DNA of 63,886 nt, filler included, from an uncultured Gemmatimonadota bacterium (GCA_964576115.1; 3 parts of 3 records of this genome joined end to end with filler, not necessarily neighbours in it), one strand, 5' to 3'. Counted from the whole stretch's first letter, positions 39,358 to 50,168 are shown. Numbers and translations are program-made. The notes: generated by a model not told the origin, from the letters alone.

Positions 39358-39564
39358 AAGGACCCTCCTTCGTTCCTGGGTCCGCTTCTGTTATTAATAC
39401 GTGCCGGGGCGGACGGCTTTCAGCACATCCTCATTCTACCATATCTCCCGGACGCCCGGCCACACGCGCGAGTTCAGTTCTTTACTTTGCCGGATTGTAG
39501 AGCCTTCGTATGTATGTAAGAACAGTCGGACGCGGGGAGATCGGTTTCAGTACGGGATGACAGT

Positions 39565-41619
39565 ATGATCGTGACTGCTATGAGAACCCGACTTCGCATC
39601 GTTCTCCTGCTCCTGATCGGAGCACTATTCCCCGCCTTTCACTACCCGGTGTGCGCCCAGGAGGTACTGCTGCCCGAACAGCAGATCGAGGCCGACACCG
39701 GCATCAACGTTCTGCTCGATCTGGCCCACGACGCCAAGTTCTTCACCATGTGGAACCTGCCGCCGGTGCTGCGGGAGCGCGGGCTGCGGGTGAGCGGGAG
39801 CCAGGAAACTCTCGACCGGGTCCTCGAACCCGGCACCCCCCTGCGGGTGCGTCTCGGCCAGGGTTCCGAGCGCCCCTTCGGAAGCGTTCCCGCCCCGGAG
39901 TTCAACGTTGTCATCACCACCCAGGGCTCGGCCGACTGCCAGGAGTACACCGAGGCCGAGATCACGGCCCTGCTCCGCTTCGTGCGTGCCGGGGGCGGGC
40001 TGGTGATCATTCCCGGCAACCGGAGTCTGTCGGAAGCGGAGATCGAGCGGCTGCCGCTGGCGGCTTTCTTCCCCGAACTGGACGCCCGCCTGTCGGCCGC
40101 GACCGACACGGTCAACGGCCGGCCCGTGCCGGTCCTGGTGCACGGCCCCGACTGGCAGGTCCTGCGCTCGAGCGACGGCGGCTGGCCGATCAGGATCCGG
40201 CGCACCTTGGGGCGGGGCCGGGTCGTTCTCTATTCTTCGATGCGGCTGGTCCAGTGGGATCGCGAGACGCCTGAGGCCACAGTCGAAAGACGGCAGAACC
40301 GCCTGGCGGGAGCGGTCAAGTGGGCGGCCGGGAACCACGTGCCGGTCGGCGGCAGCCCGGCCCTGCCGCAGGAGGCCTGGGGGGGCGGTCCCATCTACCC
40401 CGGCCTGACCCGGGAGATCGGCCCGATCACGGTCCTCTATGCCGCCAACCAGAAGTCCGAACTGCTCCGCACCGTCGAAGAGGAACTGCCCGCGGTCGAG
40501 GCCCAGCTCCGCGCCTGGCTCCCCTCCCCACAGGCCGACGAGCCCCTCTACCTGGTTCTCTCGGCCGGCGGTGGAGGCGGCTGGGCGGTGAATGTCTACG
40601 AGCCGAAGGAAGTGGGCATCATCAGCATCGAGAGCGCCGGGGTCATTTCGATCTACGCCCACGAACTGGCCCATACCATGAGCGGCCCCCTCAATGACAC
40701 CGGCGCGGCGGCGGGGCAGATCCCGATCGGCAATCGGGGTGAAGCCCACGCCGGCTGGTTCCAGGGCAAGATCGACATTCTCTACGGCGGTCCAGGCAAG
40801 GAACCGAACCGGCTCTTCGACTTCGATCCCGACGGCAGTGCTCTCGACCTGGCGGACGACCCCGCCGAACTGCAGCAGGAGTGGGGCAAGGGCCGGGACT
40901 GGACCAAGCTCTGGTGGGCCTGGCAGAAACTCGACGACCGTTACGGCACCACCTGGTACCCGCGCTGGCGCTGGGTCCAGCACACCCGCTGGCAGGCCGA
41001 ACCCGACCGGCGGCTGACCTGGGACGAGATGATCGAAGACATGAGCATCGCCGTGGGAGAGGACCTCTTCGGTTTCTTCCGCGCCATCGGCACCACCCTG
41101 GAGCGGGATCGGTTCGCGGCGGCGGAATTCGCGGGCCGGACACTCACTCTGACCCCCGCCCCGATCGAGATCACTCCCGCCGGGCCCGAACGCCTCGATC
41201 CAATCGGCGATTACCGGACCCCGGTCACACCGATCGACGCCCTGACCGGCGGTGACGTGGATCCTCGCACTCACCCCCTGCTCCACCCCTCGCTCCGGGA
41301 CGCAACCGATCTCTCGTACGAAGAGATCGCCCGAACCCTTTTCTCAACCCACCTCGAGGTCTATACCGACGACCGGATCGTGGATGAGTACCGGCTCGGG
41401 GGATGGGAGATCGAAACTCTCGAGGTGGAGCGGACCGCCCCCGACGGTTTCATCGCCGTGGTTTCGTTCGGGGTGCAGCCGACGACTCTTTCACCGTACT
41501 GGCGCTCGGGAAGGGGTCTGGCCGAAGGGGAATGGATCCGTCACAAGACCCTGCGGATCACGTTCGGCCGCTACGGCGACCGCTACCGCCTGGTGCGCTG
41601 GCAGGAACTGCGCCCCTGA
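39565..41619 (+). CDS. Secreted hypothetical protein with HEXXH metallopeptidase motif
   Basis: Signal peptide; LLDLAH...EITALLRFVRAGGGL (GATase-like); YAHELAH then downstream GEA. Confidence 0.6.
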   Translation: MIVTAMRTRLRIVLLLLIGALFPAFHYPVCAQEVLLPEQQIEADTGINVLLDLAHDAKFFTMWNLPPVLRERGLRVSGSQETLDRVLEPGTPLRVRLGQGSERPFGSVPAPEFNVVITTQGSADCQEYTEAEITALLRFVRAGGGLVIIPGNRSLSEAEIERLPLAAFFPELDARLSAATDTVNGRPVPVLVHGPDWQVLRSSDGGWPIRIRRTLGRGRVVLYSSMRLVQWDRETPEATVERRQNRLAGAVKWAAGNHVPVGGSPALPQEAWGGGPIYPGLTREIGPITVLYAANQKSELLRTVEEELPAVEAQLRAWLPSPQADEPLYLVLSAGGGGGWAVNVYEPKEVGIISIESAGVISIYAHELAHTMSGPLNDTGAAAGQIPIGNRGEAHAGWFQGKIDILYGGPGKEPNRLFDFDPDGSALDLADDPAELQQEWGKGRDWTKLWWAWQKLDDRYGTTWYPRWRWVQHTRWQAEPDRRLTWDEMIEDMSIAVGEDLFGFFRAIGTTLERDRFAAAEFAGRTLTLTPAPIEITPAGPERLDPIGDYRTPVTPIDALTGGDVDPRTHPLLHPSLRDATDLSYEEIARTLFSTHLEVYTDDRIVDEYRLGGWEIETLEVERTAPDGFIAVVSFGVQPTTLSPYWRSGRGLAEGEWIRHKTLRITFGRYGDRYRLVRWQELRP

Positions 41620-42928
41620 CGCTCGCCGATCCGGCCGGCGTAACCCGGGCCGGCAGCGACTCGCGGATGAAGAGCAGCACGATCAGACCCGCCAGGGCGT
41701 TCAGGATCCCCCCTGCGACAAAGGGCATCTCGAAACTGCTCACCCCCGCCAGAATCCCGGCCAGCAGAGGCCCGGCCGCCACTCCCAGACCGAAGGCGAT
41801 GGTCAGGATACTCATCTGCCGCACCGTCCGGCCGGGAATGCCGCGATCAGCGACCATGGCGTAGACGGGGCCGACGATCATGGCCGAGGCCGCCCCGAGC
41901 AGGAAGCGGTCGATCGAGAGCAGCAGCGTGGTCGGAGCAAGACCCTGCAGCAGGGTCAGGGGAGCCATCAGGAGCATCCCCCACACGATCAGGCCCTTGC
42001 GCCCGATCCGGTCACTCAGGTGTCCGAGCGGAATCTGGAATATGAGCCGGGCCACGGTTAGCATCGAAAATGCGACCCCGAAGCCGATGGCGTTCTGGGC
42101 CAGACGGCGATTGAATTCGGTCTCCAGCGCGCTGATCAGCCCGACCGAGAGAGCCATGACGAAGACCGCCGCGCCCAGCAGGTAGAGCTGGCGCATGACC
42201 CACCTGATCCGGTCCGGGTCGAGTCCGGCTGACTCTTCAGTGTCAACAGCGGCCTCGGTGCCCGCCCAGGCCTCGGTATCGGAAACCGGCGAGAGAGCCA
42301 GCGGCGGAACCGCGTGCCGATCCGCCCCGGCCGTCGGGGAGGGCAACAGGATCGTCTCTTCCTCAGCCCGCACCTCCGGCACCCAGCGCCAGACCAGAAT
42401 CAGGCTCACTACCGCTCCGGCCGCCCCGACCGTGAAAGCCGCCGCGAACGAGACCGTCTCCATGACGACCCCACCCACCAGGGGCCCGAGCGCAAAGCCG
42501 ATCATGCGGGCCGTCGTGAAGACCCCCATCGAGCCGCCGAGGCTGCCCCGGTCGGCATAATCGTTGATCAGAGCCAGGGCGGTCGGGATGGTAAAAGCGA
42601 TCGAGAGCCCCTGCAGCATGCGTAGCACAAGCAGCATGGTATAGCTGCGGGCGGGAATGAAGAGCAGGGTCACGAGGGCCAGCAGACCCAGACCGGCGAG
42701 AATAAAGGGTTTGCGCCGGCCGCTCGAATCGGCCAGGCCAGCCGCCAGCGGCTGCATCAGGGCGTAGGTGAATCCCGAAAGACTGATGACGATCCCGACC
42801 AGGGTAAGCTCGGGCACGGTCTCGAAGAGCGGCCCGCGGGGGATGCGGATCACGTACAGCGGTATGAGAACGATCAGCAGGGAATTGCAGAAGGCGTCGG
42901 CGGTGCGAGCCAGGCTCAGCACCACCAC
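41558..42928 (-). CDS. MFS transporter (true start probably further upstream)
   Basis: Motif A twice (GLADSSGRRK, GHLSDRIGRK); about 12 hydrophobic segments. Confidence 0.9.
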   Translation of the reverse strand: MVVLSLARTADAFCNSLLIVLIPLYVIRIPRGPLFETVPELTLVGIVISLSGFTYALMQPLAAGLADSSGRRKPFILAGLGLLALVTLLFIPARSYTMLLVLRMLQGLSIAFTIPTALALINDYADRGSLGGSMGVFTTARMIGFALGPLVGGVVMETVSFAAAFTVGAAGAVVSLILVWRWVPEVRAEEETILLPSPTAGADRHAVPPLALSPVSDTEAWAGTEAAVDTEESAGLDPDRIRWVMRQLYLLGAAVFVMALSVGLISALETEFNRRLAQNAIGFGVAFSMLTVARLIFQIPLGHLSDRIGRKGLIVWGMLLMAPLTLLQGLAPTTLLLSIDRFLLGAASAMIVGPVYAMVADRGIPGRTVRQMSILTIAFGLGVAAGPLLAGILAGVSSFEMPFVAGGILNALAGLIVLLFIRESLPARVTPAGSASVRGAVPASAPGGSGRRSGRT

Positions 42929-42974
42929 CTCGCGGTTGATTCCGATCGCCTTCAGTCTGTGGATGATCGCGATT

Positions 42975-43346
42975 TTATTCGTCCTGCATGCCGCGTCCCA
43001 CCAGCTCGATCAGAGCGATCTCGGCAGCGTCGGACTTGCGGAAGCCGAGTTTGACGATCCGCGTGTAACCCCCGTTGCGATCGGCGAAAGAGGGCGCGAC
43101 GTCGTGCATCAGCCGGTCGACGACCTCTTTACGCTTCAGGTGCCTGGTGAGGAGCCGGCGGCTGTGCAGATCGCCCCGCTTGGCCCGAGTGATCAGCTTC
43201 TCGGCATAGGGGCGCAGTTCTTTGGCCTTGGCCAGCGTCGTGACAATGCGGTCCTCGGTGAACAGCGACTGCGCCAGACCCGACATCAGCGCTTTGCGAT
43301 GGGATGCAGAACGGTTGAGTTTGCGTCCCTTGACCCGGTGCCGCAT
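42975..43346 (-). CDS. rplQ: 50S ribosomal protein L17
   Basis: MRHRVKGRKLNR, TTLAKAKELR, RNGGYTRI. Confidence 0.98.
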   Translation of the reverse strand: MRHRVKGRKLNRSASHRKALMSGLAQSLFTEDRIVTTLAKAKELRPYAEKLITRAKRGDLHSRRLLTRHLKRKEVVDRLMHDVAPSFADRNGGYTRIVKLGFRKSDAAEIALIELVGRGMQDE

Positions 43347-43349
43347 CGT

Positions 43350-44345
43350 CTACTCCTCTTCCGTCGGACTCTCGATGGTAGCGTAGGCGGAGATATCCAT
43401 GCCGAAGTGCAGCCCCATCTCGTGCAGGATGTCAGCCAGTTCCGAGAGTGACTTGCGCCCGAAGTTGCGGTACTTGAGCATCTCCGATTCTGTCTTCTGG
43501 ACCAGATCCCCGATCGCCTTGATGTTGGCCGCCCGCAGGCAGTTAGCCGAGCGCACGCTCAGTTCCAGCTCCTCGACCGGCATCTTCAGCAGTTCGTGAA
43601 TCCTCAGGCTCTCTTCCTCGACCTCGGCCGCCACCTCTTCTTCGGGCTCTTCCTCGAAGGCCATGAAGACGAGGTAGTGGTCCTTGAGAATCTTGGCGGC
43701 ATGGCTGACCGCCATTTCGGGATCGATCGAACCGTCGGTCCAGACCTCCATCTCGAGCCGTTCGAAGTCGGTCCGGCGTCCCACGCGCATGTTCTCGACC
43801 TCGTAGTTGACCTTGAGGATCGGGCTGAAGATGGCGTCGACCGGAATCATGCCGATCGGCAGTTCGGGATCCTCGAGATCCTCGGCCGGGGTATAGCCGC
43901 GACCGTGGCCGATGGTGAGATCCATTTTCAGATCGGCATCTTCGTCGAGGGTGGCGATGTAATGCTCGGGATTGTGGATCGTGAACGAATCCGCCACCTG
44001 GAAATCCCGGGCGGTCAGTACCCCGGCCCCCGACTTCTCGACCGTGATCGTCACCGGCTCGTCCACCTCCAGCTCAACCCTGACACCCTTGAGGTTCAGG
44101 AGCAGATCGGTGAAGTCCTCGAGGATGCCCTCGATGCTGGTGAACTCGTGCAGGGCTCCGTCGAGCTTGATGTACGTGATCGCGGCTCCCTGGATACTCG
44201 AGAGCAGCACCCGGCGCAGGGAATTGCCGAGTGTGACCCCGAAGCCGCGCTCGACCGGTCCGGCGATGAAACGACCGTAGGTACGCGTGAGCGTCTTGTT
44301 GTTCCATTCGATGCCCTCGGGCATCGTGAGGTTCTTCCACTTCAT
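43350..44345 (-). CDS. rpoA: RNA polymerase alpha subunit
   Basis: [41 protein letters not shown] 44345. Confidence 0.98.
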   Translation of the reverse strand: MKWKNLTMPEGIEWNNKTLTRTYGRFIAGPVERGFGVTLGNSLRRVLLSSIQGAAITYIKLDGALHEFTSIEGILEDFTDLLLNLKGVRVELEVDEPVTITVEKSGAGVLTARDFQVADSFTIHNPEHYIATLDEDADLKMDLTIGHGRGYTPAEDLEDPELPIGMIPVDAIFSPILKVNYEVENMRVGRRTDFERLEMEVWTDGSIDPEMAVSHAAKILKDHYLVFMAFEEEPEEEVAAEVEEESLRIHELLKMPVEELELSVRSANCLRAANIKAIGDLVQKTESEMLKYRNFGRKSLSELADILHEMGLHFGMDISAYATIESPTEEE

Positions 44346-44406
44346 TGAGCGGTCACCCTTCGATAATCGATGTGGCGGGAGAGCCTCTCCCCTCTTCACG
44401 TCGCGA

Positions 44407-45039
44407 TTACTTCGAGTAGAGCTCCACGATGAGCTGTTCGTTGATGTCGAGATCGACGTCCAGACGCGTCGGCGCCTCGACGACCTGCCCCGACATCTTG
44501 GCCTTGTCCAGGGTCAGCCAGCTGGGCTCCCCCCGGCGGCCGAAATGCTTGAGCGCTTCCTGGATGACATCGAGCGAGCGCGAACGCTCCTTGATCTCGA
44601 TCTGGTCACCCGGCCTGACCTGGTAGCTGGGTATGTCCACGATGCGCCCGTTGACCATGATGTGACGGTGCCGGACGATCTGGCGGGCCTGCGGTCGCGA
44701 GCTAGCGAAGCCCAGCCGGTAGATGGCGTTGTCCAGGCGGGTTTCGAGCATCAGCAGCAGGACCTCGCCGGTGGTGCCCTTGGCCCGGGCGGCCCGTGTG
44801 AAGTAGTTACGGAACTGGGCTTCACCGATGCCGTAAATCCGCTTCACTTTCTGTTTTTCACGCAGCTGGATCGAGTAGTCGCTCGGTTTGCGCCGACGCA
44901 TGCTCGGGCCGTGCTGACCCGGCGGGTAGCCGCGGCGTTCGAAAGCGCACTTCTCGCTGACACAGCGTTCGCCCTTGAGAAAGAGCTTCATGCTCTCCCG
45001 GCGGCAGAGTTTGCAGACCGATTCGGTATAACGTGCCAT
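44407..45039 (-). CDS. rpsD: 30S ribosomal protein S4
   Basis: [37 protein letters not shown]. Confidence 0.98.
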   Translation of the reverse strand: MARYTESVCKLCRRESMKLFLKGERCVSEKCAFERRGYPPGQHGPSMRRRKPSDYSIQLREKQKVKRIYGIGEAQFRNYFTRAARAKGTTGEVLLLMLETRLDNAIYRLGFASSRPQARQIVRHRHIMVNGRIVDIPSYQVRPGDQIEIKERSRSLDVIQEALKHFGRRGEPSWLTLDKAKMSGQVVEAPTRLDVDLDINEQLIVELYSK

Positions 45040-45057
45040 CGCCTCGTTCCCCTCTCC

Positions 45058-45459
45058 TCAGACCCGACGCCGCTTCGGCGGGCGGCAGCCGTTGTGCGGG
45101 ATGGGCGTCACGTCCTTGATGGCCGTAATCTCGAGCCCCGCGGCCTGCAGTGAACGGACCGCCGACTCGCGTCCCGAGCCCGGTCCCTTGACCCATGCTT
45201 CGACGCTGCGAACACCGGCCGCCAGGGCCTCTTTGGCCACCTTGTCGGCCGCCATCTGGGCCGCGAAGGGAGTGGACTTGCGGCTCCCCTTGAACCCGGC
45301 TGTGCCCGGTGTGGCCCAGCAGACCACATCGCCGTTATCGTTCGTGATGGTGATGTTGGTATTGTTAAAGGTTGCCTTGATATGGGCGATCCCTCTGGCC
45401 TCGGCGACCTTCTTGGTCTTGCGTCGTCCCTTGGCCTTCTTCTTTGCCTGTTTGGCCAC
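45058..45459 (-). CDS. rpsK: 30S ribosomal protein S11
   Basis: [35 protein letters not shown]. Confidence 0.98.
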   Translation of the reverse strand: MAKQAKKKAKGRRKTKKVAEARGIAHIKATFNNTNITITNDNGDVVCWATPGTAGFKGSRKSTPFAAQMAADKVAKEALAAGVRSVEAWVKGPGSGRESAVRSLQAAGLEITAIKDVTPIPHNGCRPPKRRRV

Positions 45460-45498
45460 CTGCGTACTCCTTCTGAACAGATCTGGTCGCCCGCGAAC

Positions 45499-45861
45499 CT
45501 AGCGGCGACCGAATTTCCCCTTGGGGCCCTTGCGGGAACGGGCGTTGGTGCGCGTACGCTGTCCGCGCACTGGCAGACCCCGCCGGTGGCGGAGTCCGCG
45601 ATAGCAGCCGATATCCATCAGCCGCTTGACGTTCATGTTGACCTCCGCGCGCAGCGATCCCTCTACCTTCCGGTTGGTCTGGATGTCGTCCCTGATCGCG
45701 GCGACCTCCTCCGGGGACAGATCCTGGACTTTGGCGGTCGGATCCACCCCGGCGGCCTGGCAGATGTTACGGGCGGTCGTTCGCCCGATCCCGTAGATGT
45801 AGGTCAGCGCGATGCTGACGTGCTTGTCCCGCGGGATATCGACACCGGCGATACGTGCCAT
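45499..45861 (-). CDS. rpsM: 30S ribosomal protein S13
   Basis: [32 protein letters not shown]. Confidence 0.98.
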   Translation of the reverse strand: MARIAGVDIPRDKHVSIALTYIYGIGRTTARNICQAAGVDPTAKVQDLSPEEVAAIRDDIQTNRKVEGSLRAEVNMNVKRLMDIGCYRGLRHRRGLPVRGQRTRTNARSRKGPKGKFGRR

Positions 45862-45887
45862 TGCGTGTCTCCCTCAGATCTTCCGTT

Positions 45888-46001
45888 TCAGCCCTGGCGT
45901 TGCTTGTGTCGGGGATTCTTGCAGATCACCCGCACCACGCCCTTGCGTTTCACGATCTTGCAGTGCTCGCAGATCTTCTTGACCGAGCTGTTGACTTTCA
46001 T
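45888..46001 (-). CDS. rpmJ: 50S ribosomal protein L36 (not in ORF track)
   Basis: Manual translation [37 protein letters not shown]. Confidence 0.97.
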   Translation of the reverse strand: MKVNSSVKKICEHCKIVKRKGVVRVICKNPRHKQRQG

Positions 46002-46031
46002 GGCTGTCCTCTTCCGTCACCTGCTGTTGCG

Positions 46032-46250
46032 CTACTTGTAGCGGTAGGTGATCCGTCCCCGGCTCAGGTCGTACGGTGACAGTTCGACCTGAACCCGATC
46101 ACCGGGCAGGATACGGATGTAATGCATCCGCATTTTGCCCGAAATGTGCGCCAGAACCTCGTGGCCGTTGTCGAGTTCCACCCGGAAGGTGGCGTTCGGC
46201 AGCGGCTCCAGGACCGTACCTTCGACCAGGATCGGTTCCTCTTTCGCCAA
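46032..46250 (-). CDS. infA: Translation initiation factor IF-1
   Basis: [36 protein letters not shown] start. Confidence 0.98.
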   Translation of the reverse strand: MAKEEPILVEGTVLEPLPNATFRVELDNGHEVLAHISGKMRMHYIRILPGDRVQVELSPYDLSRGRITYRYK

Positions 46251-46280
46251 AACAACCTCCGTCGCAGAGGTACAGCTCCC

Positions 46281-47027
46281 TCAGGGGAGCGTCAGTATCT
46301 GCGGCTCGCCGTCGGTGAGCGCCAGGCAGTGCTCGAAATGGGCCGAGAGACTGCCATCCCGCGTCACCGCCGTCCAGCCGTCCTTCAGGGTCACGATCTC
46401 GTGGGTGCCCTGATTGACCATCGGTTCGATGGCAAAGACCATGCCGGACCTCAACAGGGGCCCCTTCCCCGGCGGCCCGTAGTTCGGAATCTGCGGTTCC
46501 TCGTGCATCTGCGTGCCGATCCCGTGTCCGACCATCTCGCGCACCACGCTGAACCCGCGCGACTCCACGCAGGTCTGCACGGCGTGTCCGATGTCGAAGA
46601 GGCGATTGCCGTCGACAGCCTTGGCCATGCCCTTGAACAGGCTTTCTTCGGTCACGCTCAGCAGTTCCGCAGCGTCCTGGAGATCCTCCCCGGCGATGTA
46701 CGTCCAGGCCGAATCTCCGTAGTACCCGTTCAACTCCACCCCGATGTCGACACTCACGACATCGCCTTCCCGGATCGCGCGGCGCCCCGGGATGCCGTGA
46801 ACGACCTGTTCGTTCAGGCTGAAGCAGATGGCGGCCGGATAGCCCTGAAAGCCCTTGAAGGCCGGCCGTCCGCCACTATCCCGGATGAAGGTCTCGACCT
46901 CGCGATCGAGCTCGTCACCGCGCAGCCCGGGACGGATGAGCTCGCGCACCAGTTCGTGAGCCCGGCCGACCACCCGGCCCGCTTCACGCAGCAGCGCGAC
47001 CTCCTCTGCCGAACGGATCGAAATCAT
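46281..47027 (-). CDS. map: Type I methionine aminopeptidase
   Basis: VVHGIP, IDIG, GDSA, GHGIG, MHEEP, AIEPMV, SAHFEH. Confidence 0.97.
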   Translation of the reverse strand: MISIRSAEEVALLREAGRVVGRAHELVRELIRPGLRGDELDREVETFIRDSGGRPAFKGFQGYPAAICFSLNEQVVHGIPGRRAIREGDVVSVDIGVELNGYYGDSAWTYIAGEDLQDAAELLSVTEESLFKGMAKAVDGNRLFDIGHAVQTCVESRGFSVVREMVGHGIGTQMHEEPQIPNYGPPGKGPLLRSGMVFAIEPMVNQGTHEIVTLKDGWTAVTRDGSLSAHFEHCLALTDGEPQILTLP

Positions 47028-47033
47028 CCGCCG

Positions 47034-47738
47034 TCAGATCTTTTCCAGTACGGCGATCATGCGCCGGGAAACCTCTTCGGGTTCCCCGTGACCGTCGATT
47101 TTGACCAGCAGTCCCTTCCCCCCGTAGTACTCCACGAGCGGAGCGGTCTGGGCGCGATAGACCTCGAGCCGGTTGCGGACCGTTTCCTCCCGATCGTCCT
47201 CGCGCTGGTAGATCTCGCCGCCGCAGGCGGGGCACTGTTCGGGAACCGAACCGCTCTGCGCGGCATTGTAATCCCGGCCGCATTCGCGGCAGAGCCAGCG
47301 GCCCGTGATCCGGCGCAGCAGTTCGTCATCCTCCACATCGATCAGCACCACCGCATCGAGGGCCAGCTCGCGTCGATGGAGCATTTCCTCGAGCGCCACC
47401 GCCTGGGCGATGGTGCGCGGGAAACCGTCGAGCAGAAAACCCGCTGTCGCGTCGGGCTCGCCGATCCGGTCGGCGATGATGTCAACGATCAGACCGTCGG
47501 GCACCAGTTCGCCCGATTCCATGTAGGAGCGGGCCTGCTCGCCCAGCTCGCTGCCCTGCGCCACGTTCGAGCGCAGGATATCTCCGGTGCTGATGTGCGG
47601 CACCTCGAAAGTCTCGACCAGCTCCCGGGCCTGGGTTCCCTTGCCCGAACCGGGGGGACCGAGCAGGATCGCCACGATCCGGTGACGACCGGCCTGGCGC
47701 AGGTCGGCGGTGTCGATCTTCGCGTTTTTCTCAGCCAC
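47034..47738 (-). CDS. adk: Adenylate kinase
   Basis: GPPGSGKGTQA, HISTGDILR, LLDGFPRT; zinc lid CREC..CPAC. Confidence 0.97.
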   Translation of the reverse strand: MAEKNAKIDTADLRQAGRHRIVAILLGPPGSGKGTQARELVETFEVPHISTGDILRSNVAQGSELGEQARSYMESGELVPDGLIVDIIADRIGEPDATAGFLLDGFPRTIAQAVALEEMLHRRELALDAVVLIDVEDDELLRRITGRWLCRECGRDYNAAQSGSVPEQCPACGGEIYQREDDREETVRNRLEVYRAQTAPLVEYYGGKGLLVKIDGHGEPEEVSRRMIAVLEKI

Positions 47739-49065
47739 GTCCGATCCGTCCCCTGATCTTGCCGGCCCGCGTGAAGCCCTCGTAGTGGCGCATCATCAGG
47801 TGCGATTCCATCTGCTGCAGGGTGTCGAGCGCGACTCCCACGATGATCAGCAGCCCCGTGCCGCCGAAGAAGTCGGTCATCGACATGCTCAGGTTGAAGT
47901 AACGCACCAGCATGTAAGGCAGCACCGAGAGCAGAGCCAGCCCGATGGCGCCGGGCAGGGTAACCCGCCCCAGCACCCGTTCGACGTATTCCGAGGTCTT
48001 CTTGCCCGGCCTGATGCCGGGGATGAACCCGCCGTACTTCTTCATGTTCTCGGCCAGGTCGACGGGATTGAAAACCACCGCGGTGTAGAAGAACGCAAAG
48101 AAGACGATCAGGATGCTGTAAAGGAACCAGTAAACCGGACTCTGGAAACTGAACCAGTTCTGGATGGTCATGAAGATATTGCTGTTCGGAAAGAGCGAGA
48201 CCGCTGTCTGTGGAATGAAGAGCAGGGCCTGGGCGAAGATGATCGGGATCACTCCGGCGGTGTTGATCCGCAGCGGGATGTGGGTGCTCTGCCCGCCATA
48301 CACCTTGCGACCGACCACCCGCTTGGCGTACTGCACGGGAATCTTCCGTACTCCCTGGGTCAGCAGAACGGCGCCCATGGTGACGAAGTACATCAGGATG
48401 AAGGTCAGGGCGAACTCGATCAGGGTCTTGTTCTGCGAGGCGACCTGCTGGATCTCGCCGATCACCGCCGTGGGGAAGATGGCAATGATCCCGACGTAAA
48501 TGATCAGGCTGATGCCGTTGCCGATTCCCTTCTCGGTGATCTGCTCCCCCAGCCACATGACGAAGATGGTTCCGGTCGTGAAGGTCAGGATGGTGAGCAG
48601 CTGGAAGGCCAGGCCCGGACTCGGCACCACCGGTCCGGAATTGGACACCAGGCTCTGGAGCCAGACGCTCATTCCCCACGACTGCCCGATACAGATCGCC
48701 ACCGTGCCGTATCGCGTGTAGCGGTTGATCTTACGCCGGCCCTCTTCGCCTTCTTTCTGCAGGCGCTGGAAATAGGGCATGGTGGCGCCCAGCAGCTGCA
48801 GGATAATCGAAGCCGAGATGTAGGGCATGATGCCCAGGGCAAAGACCGTCGCCCGGCCCAGCGCACCACCCGCGAACATATCGTAGAGTGCGAAAAGCGT
48901 CCCCGATTGTGAATTGATGTACTCCCCCAGAGCCTGGGCATCGATCCCCGGGGCGGGTACGTGCCCGCCTATCCGATAGATGATGACGATGCCGAGGGTG
49001 AAGAAAATGCGCTTCTTCAGCTCGGGGATCTTGAAGACGTTCTGGAACCGTTCGAACGCACTCAC
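47731..49065 (-). CDS. secY: Preprotein translocase subunit SecY
   Basis: FALGIMPYISASII, WLGEQITEKGIGNGISL, AGVIPIIFA, FIPGIRPG. Confidence 0.98.
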   Translation of the reverse strand: MSAFERFQNVFKIPELKKRIFFTLGIVIIYRIGGHVPAPGIDAQALGEYINSQSGTLFALYDMFAGGALGRATVFALGIMPYISASIILQLLGATMPYFQRLQKEGEEGRRKINRYTRYGTVAICIGQSWGMSVWLQSLVSNSGPVVPSPGLAFQLLTILTFTTGTIFVMWLGEQITEKGIGNGISLIIYVGIIAIFPTAVIGEIQQVASQNKTLIEFALTFILMYFVTMGAVLLTQGVRKIPVQYAKRVVGRKVYGGQSTHIPLRINTAGVIPIIFAQALLFIPQTAVSLFPNSNIFMTIQNWFSFQSPVYWFLYSILIVFFAFFYTAVVFNPVDLAENMKKYGGFIPGIRPGKKTSEYVERVLGRVTLPGAIGLALLSVLPYMLVRYFNLSMSMTDFFGGTGLLIIVGVALDTLQQMESHLMMRHYEGFTRAGKIRGRIGRG

Positions 49066-49085
49066 CGCTTCAATCCAGTCTCGGG

Positions 49086-49589
49086 TTACTCTGCGTCAGG
49101 TGTCTTTTCGGCCGCAGTCGCGGGCGTGTCCGGTACCGGACCGCCCGGTTCGCCCAGAGCCGTACAGGTTCCGCCGGCTGCTTCGACCGCCCGTCGGGCC
49201 GAGTCCGAACAGGCATCGACCGTTACATGAACTTTTTTGTCTATTTTCCCATTACCCAGCAGCTTGACAAGACCGTCGGCAGACCGTATCAGTCCCGCAT
49301 CGGCCATGACCTGCTTGTCGATTTCGGTCTGCGTCAACCGCCCGAGATCGTCGAGATTGACCACCTCGTAGATGCGCCGGAAGGGATTCTTGAAACCCCG
49401 TTTGGGAACCCGGCGCTGCAGCGGCATCTGCCCTCCCTCGAACCAGGCTCGCTGCGTGTGTCCGGAGCGGGCTTTCTGCCCCTTGGTGCCCCGGCCCGCC
49501 GTTTTCCCGTACCCCGATCCCGGTCCCCGTCCGACCCGTTTGCGCGGGCGGCGGCTGCCGTCGGCCGGTTGAATGTTGTAACGTCCCAT
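49086..49589 (-). CDS. rplO: 50S ribosomal protein L15
   Basis: RVGRGPGSGYGKTAGRG, FEGGQMPLQRRVPKRGF. Confidence 0.98.
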   Translation of the reverse strand: MGRYNIQPADGSRRPRKRVGRGPGSGYGKTAGRGTKGQKARSGHTQRAWFEGGQMPLQRRVPKRGFKNPFRRIYEVVNLDDLGRLTQTEIDKQVMADAGLIRSADGLVKLLGNGKIDKKVHVTVDACSDSARRAVEAAGGTCTALGEPGGPVPDTPATAAEKTPDAE

Positions 49590-49614
49590 CGGTGTCCCTC
49601 TTCTTCGGGGCCCC

Positions 49615-50166
49615 TCAGGCCTCGATTTCTTCCACTTCGACGAGGTGAACCACAGTGCTGATCATGCCGCGGATCACCGGCGTGTCGGCGTGTTCGACGG
49701 TATGCCGGATACGACGGAGTCCCAGCGCCTTCAAGGTCCGCTTCTGGTTTTCCGGCCGCCCGATCCCGCTGCGGATCTGCGTGACCTTCACCCGGCCCGG
49801 CTTTGTCTTCGGCTCCGCTGAAGCCGGCTTCTCGGCGACCCGGGGAGCTGTGACCTGCGCTTCGTCCTTCTCTGCCGCAGTCGTCTCTTTCGCCGCCGTC
49901 TTCCCCTTGAGCGCCGTTTCCACGACGGTTGTCTTCTTCGGCGCTGCCTTTTTCGCCGCGGTCTTCTTCGCTGCGGTTTTCTTCCTGGCTGCAGTCTTCT
50001 TGGCCGCCGGCTTCTTCCCGGCCGTGGTCTTTTTCTTCGCCGCGGTCTTTTTCTTCGCCGCGGTCTTTTTCTTCGCCGCGGTCTTTTTCTTCGCCGCAGT
50101 CTTTTTCTTCGCCGCGGTCTTCTTCGCGGTCGTCTTCTTCGAGGAGGTCTTCTTGCTCTCTGCCAT
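49615..50166 (-). CDS. rpmD: 50S ribosomal protein L30 with long Lys/Ala-rich N-terminal extension
   Basis: C-terminal core [32 protein letters not shown]...IRGMI; between rpsE and rplO. Confidence 0.93.
   Translation of the reverse strand: MAESKKTSSKKTTAKKTAAKKKTAAKKKTAAKKKTAAKKKTAAKKKTTAGKKPAAKKTAARKKTAAKKTAAKKAAPKKTTVVETALKGKTAAKETTAAEKDEAQVTAPRVAEKPASAEPKTKPGRVKVTQIRSGIGRPENQKRTLKALGLRRIRHTVEHADTPVIRGMISTVVHLVEVEEIEA
50021..50125 (-). repeat. 18-bp coding tandem repeat (KKKTAA), 5 copies plus partial
   Basis: gccgcggtctttttcttc-type units at 50021, 50039, 50057, 50075, 50093. Confidence 0.9.
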
Positions 50167-50168
50167 CG

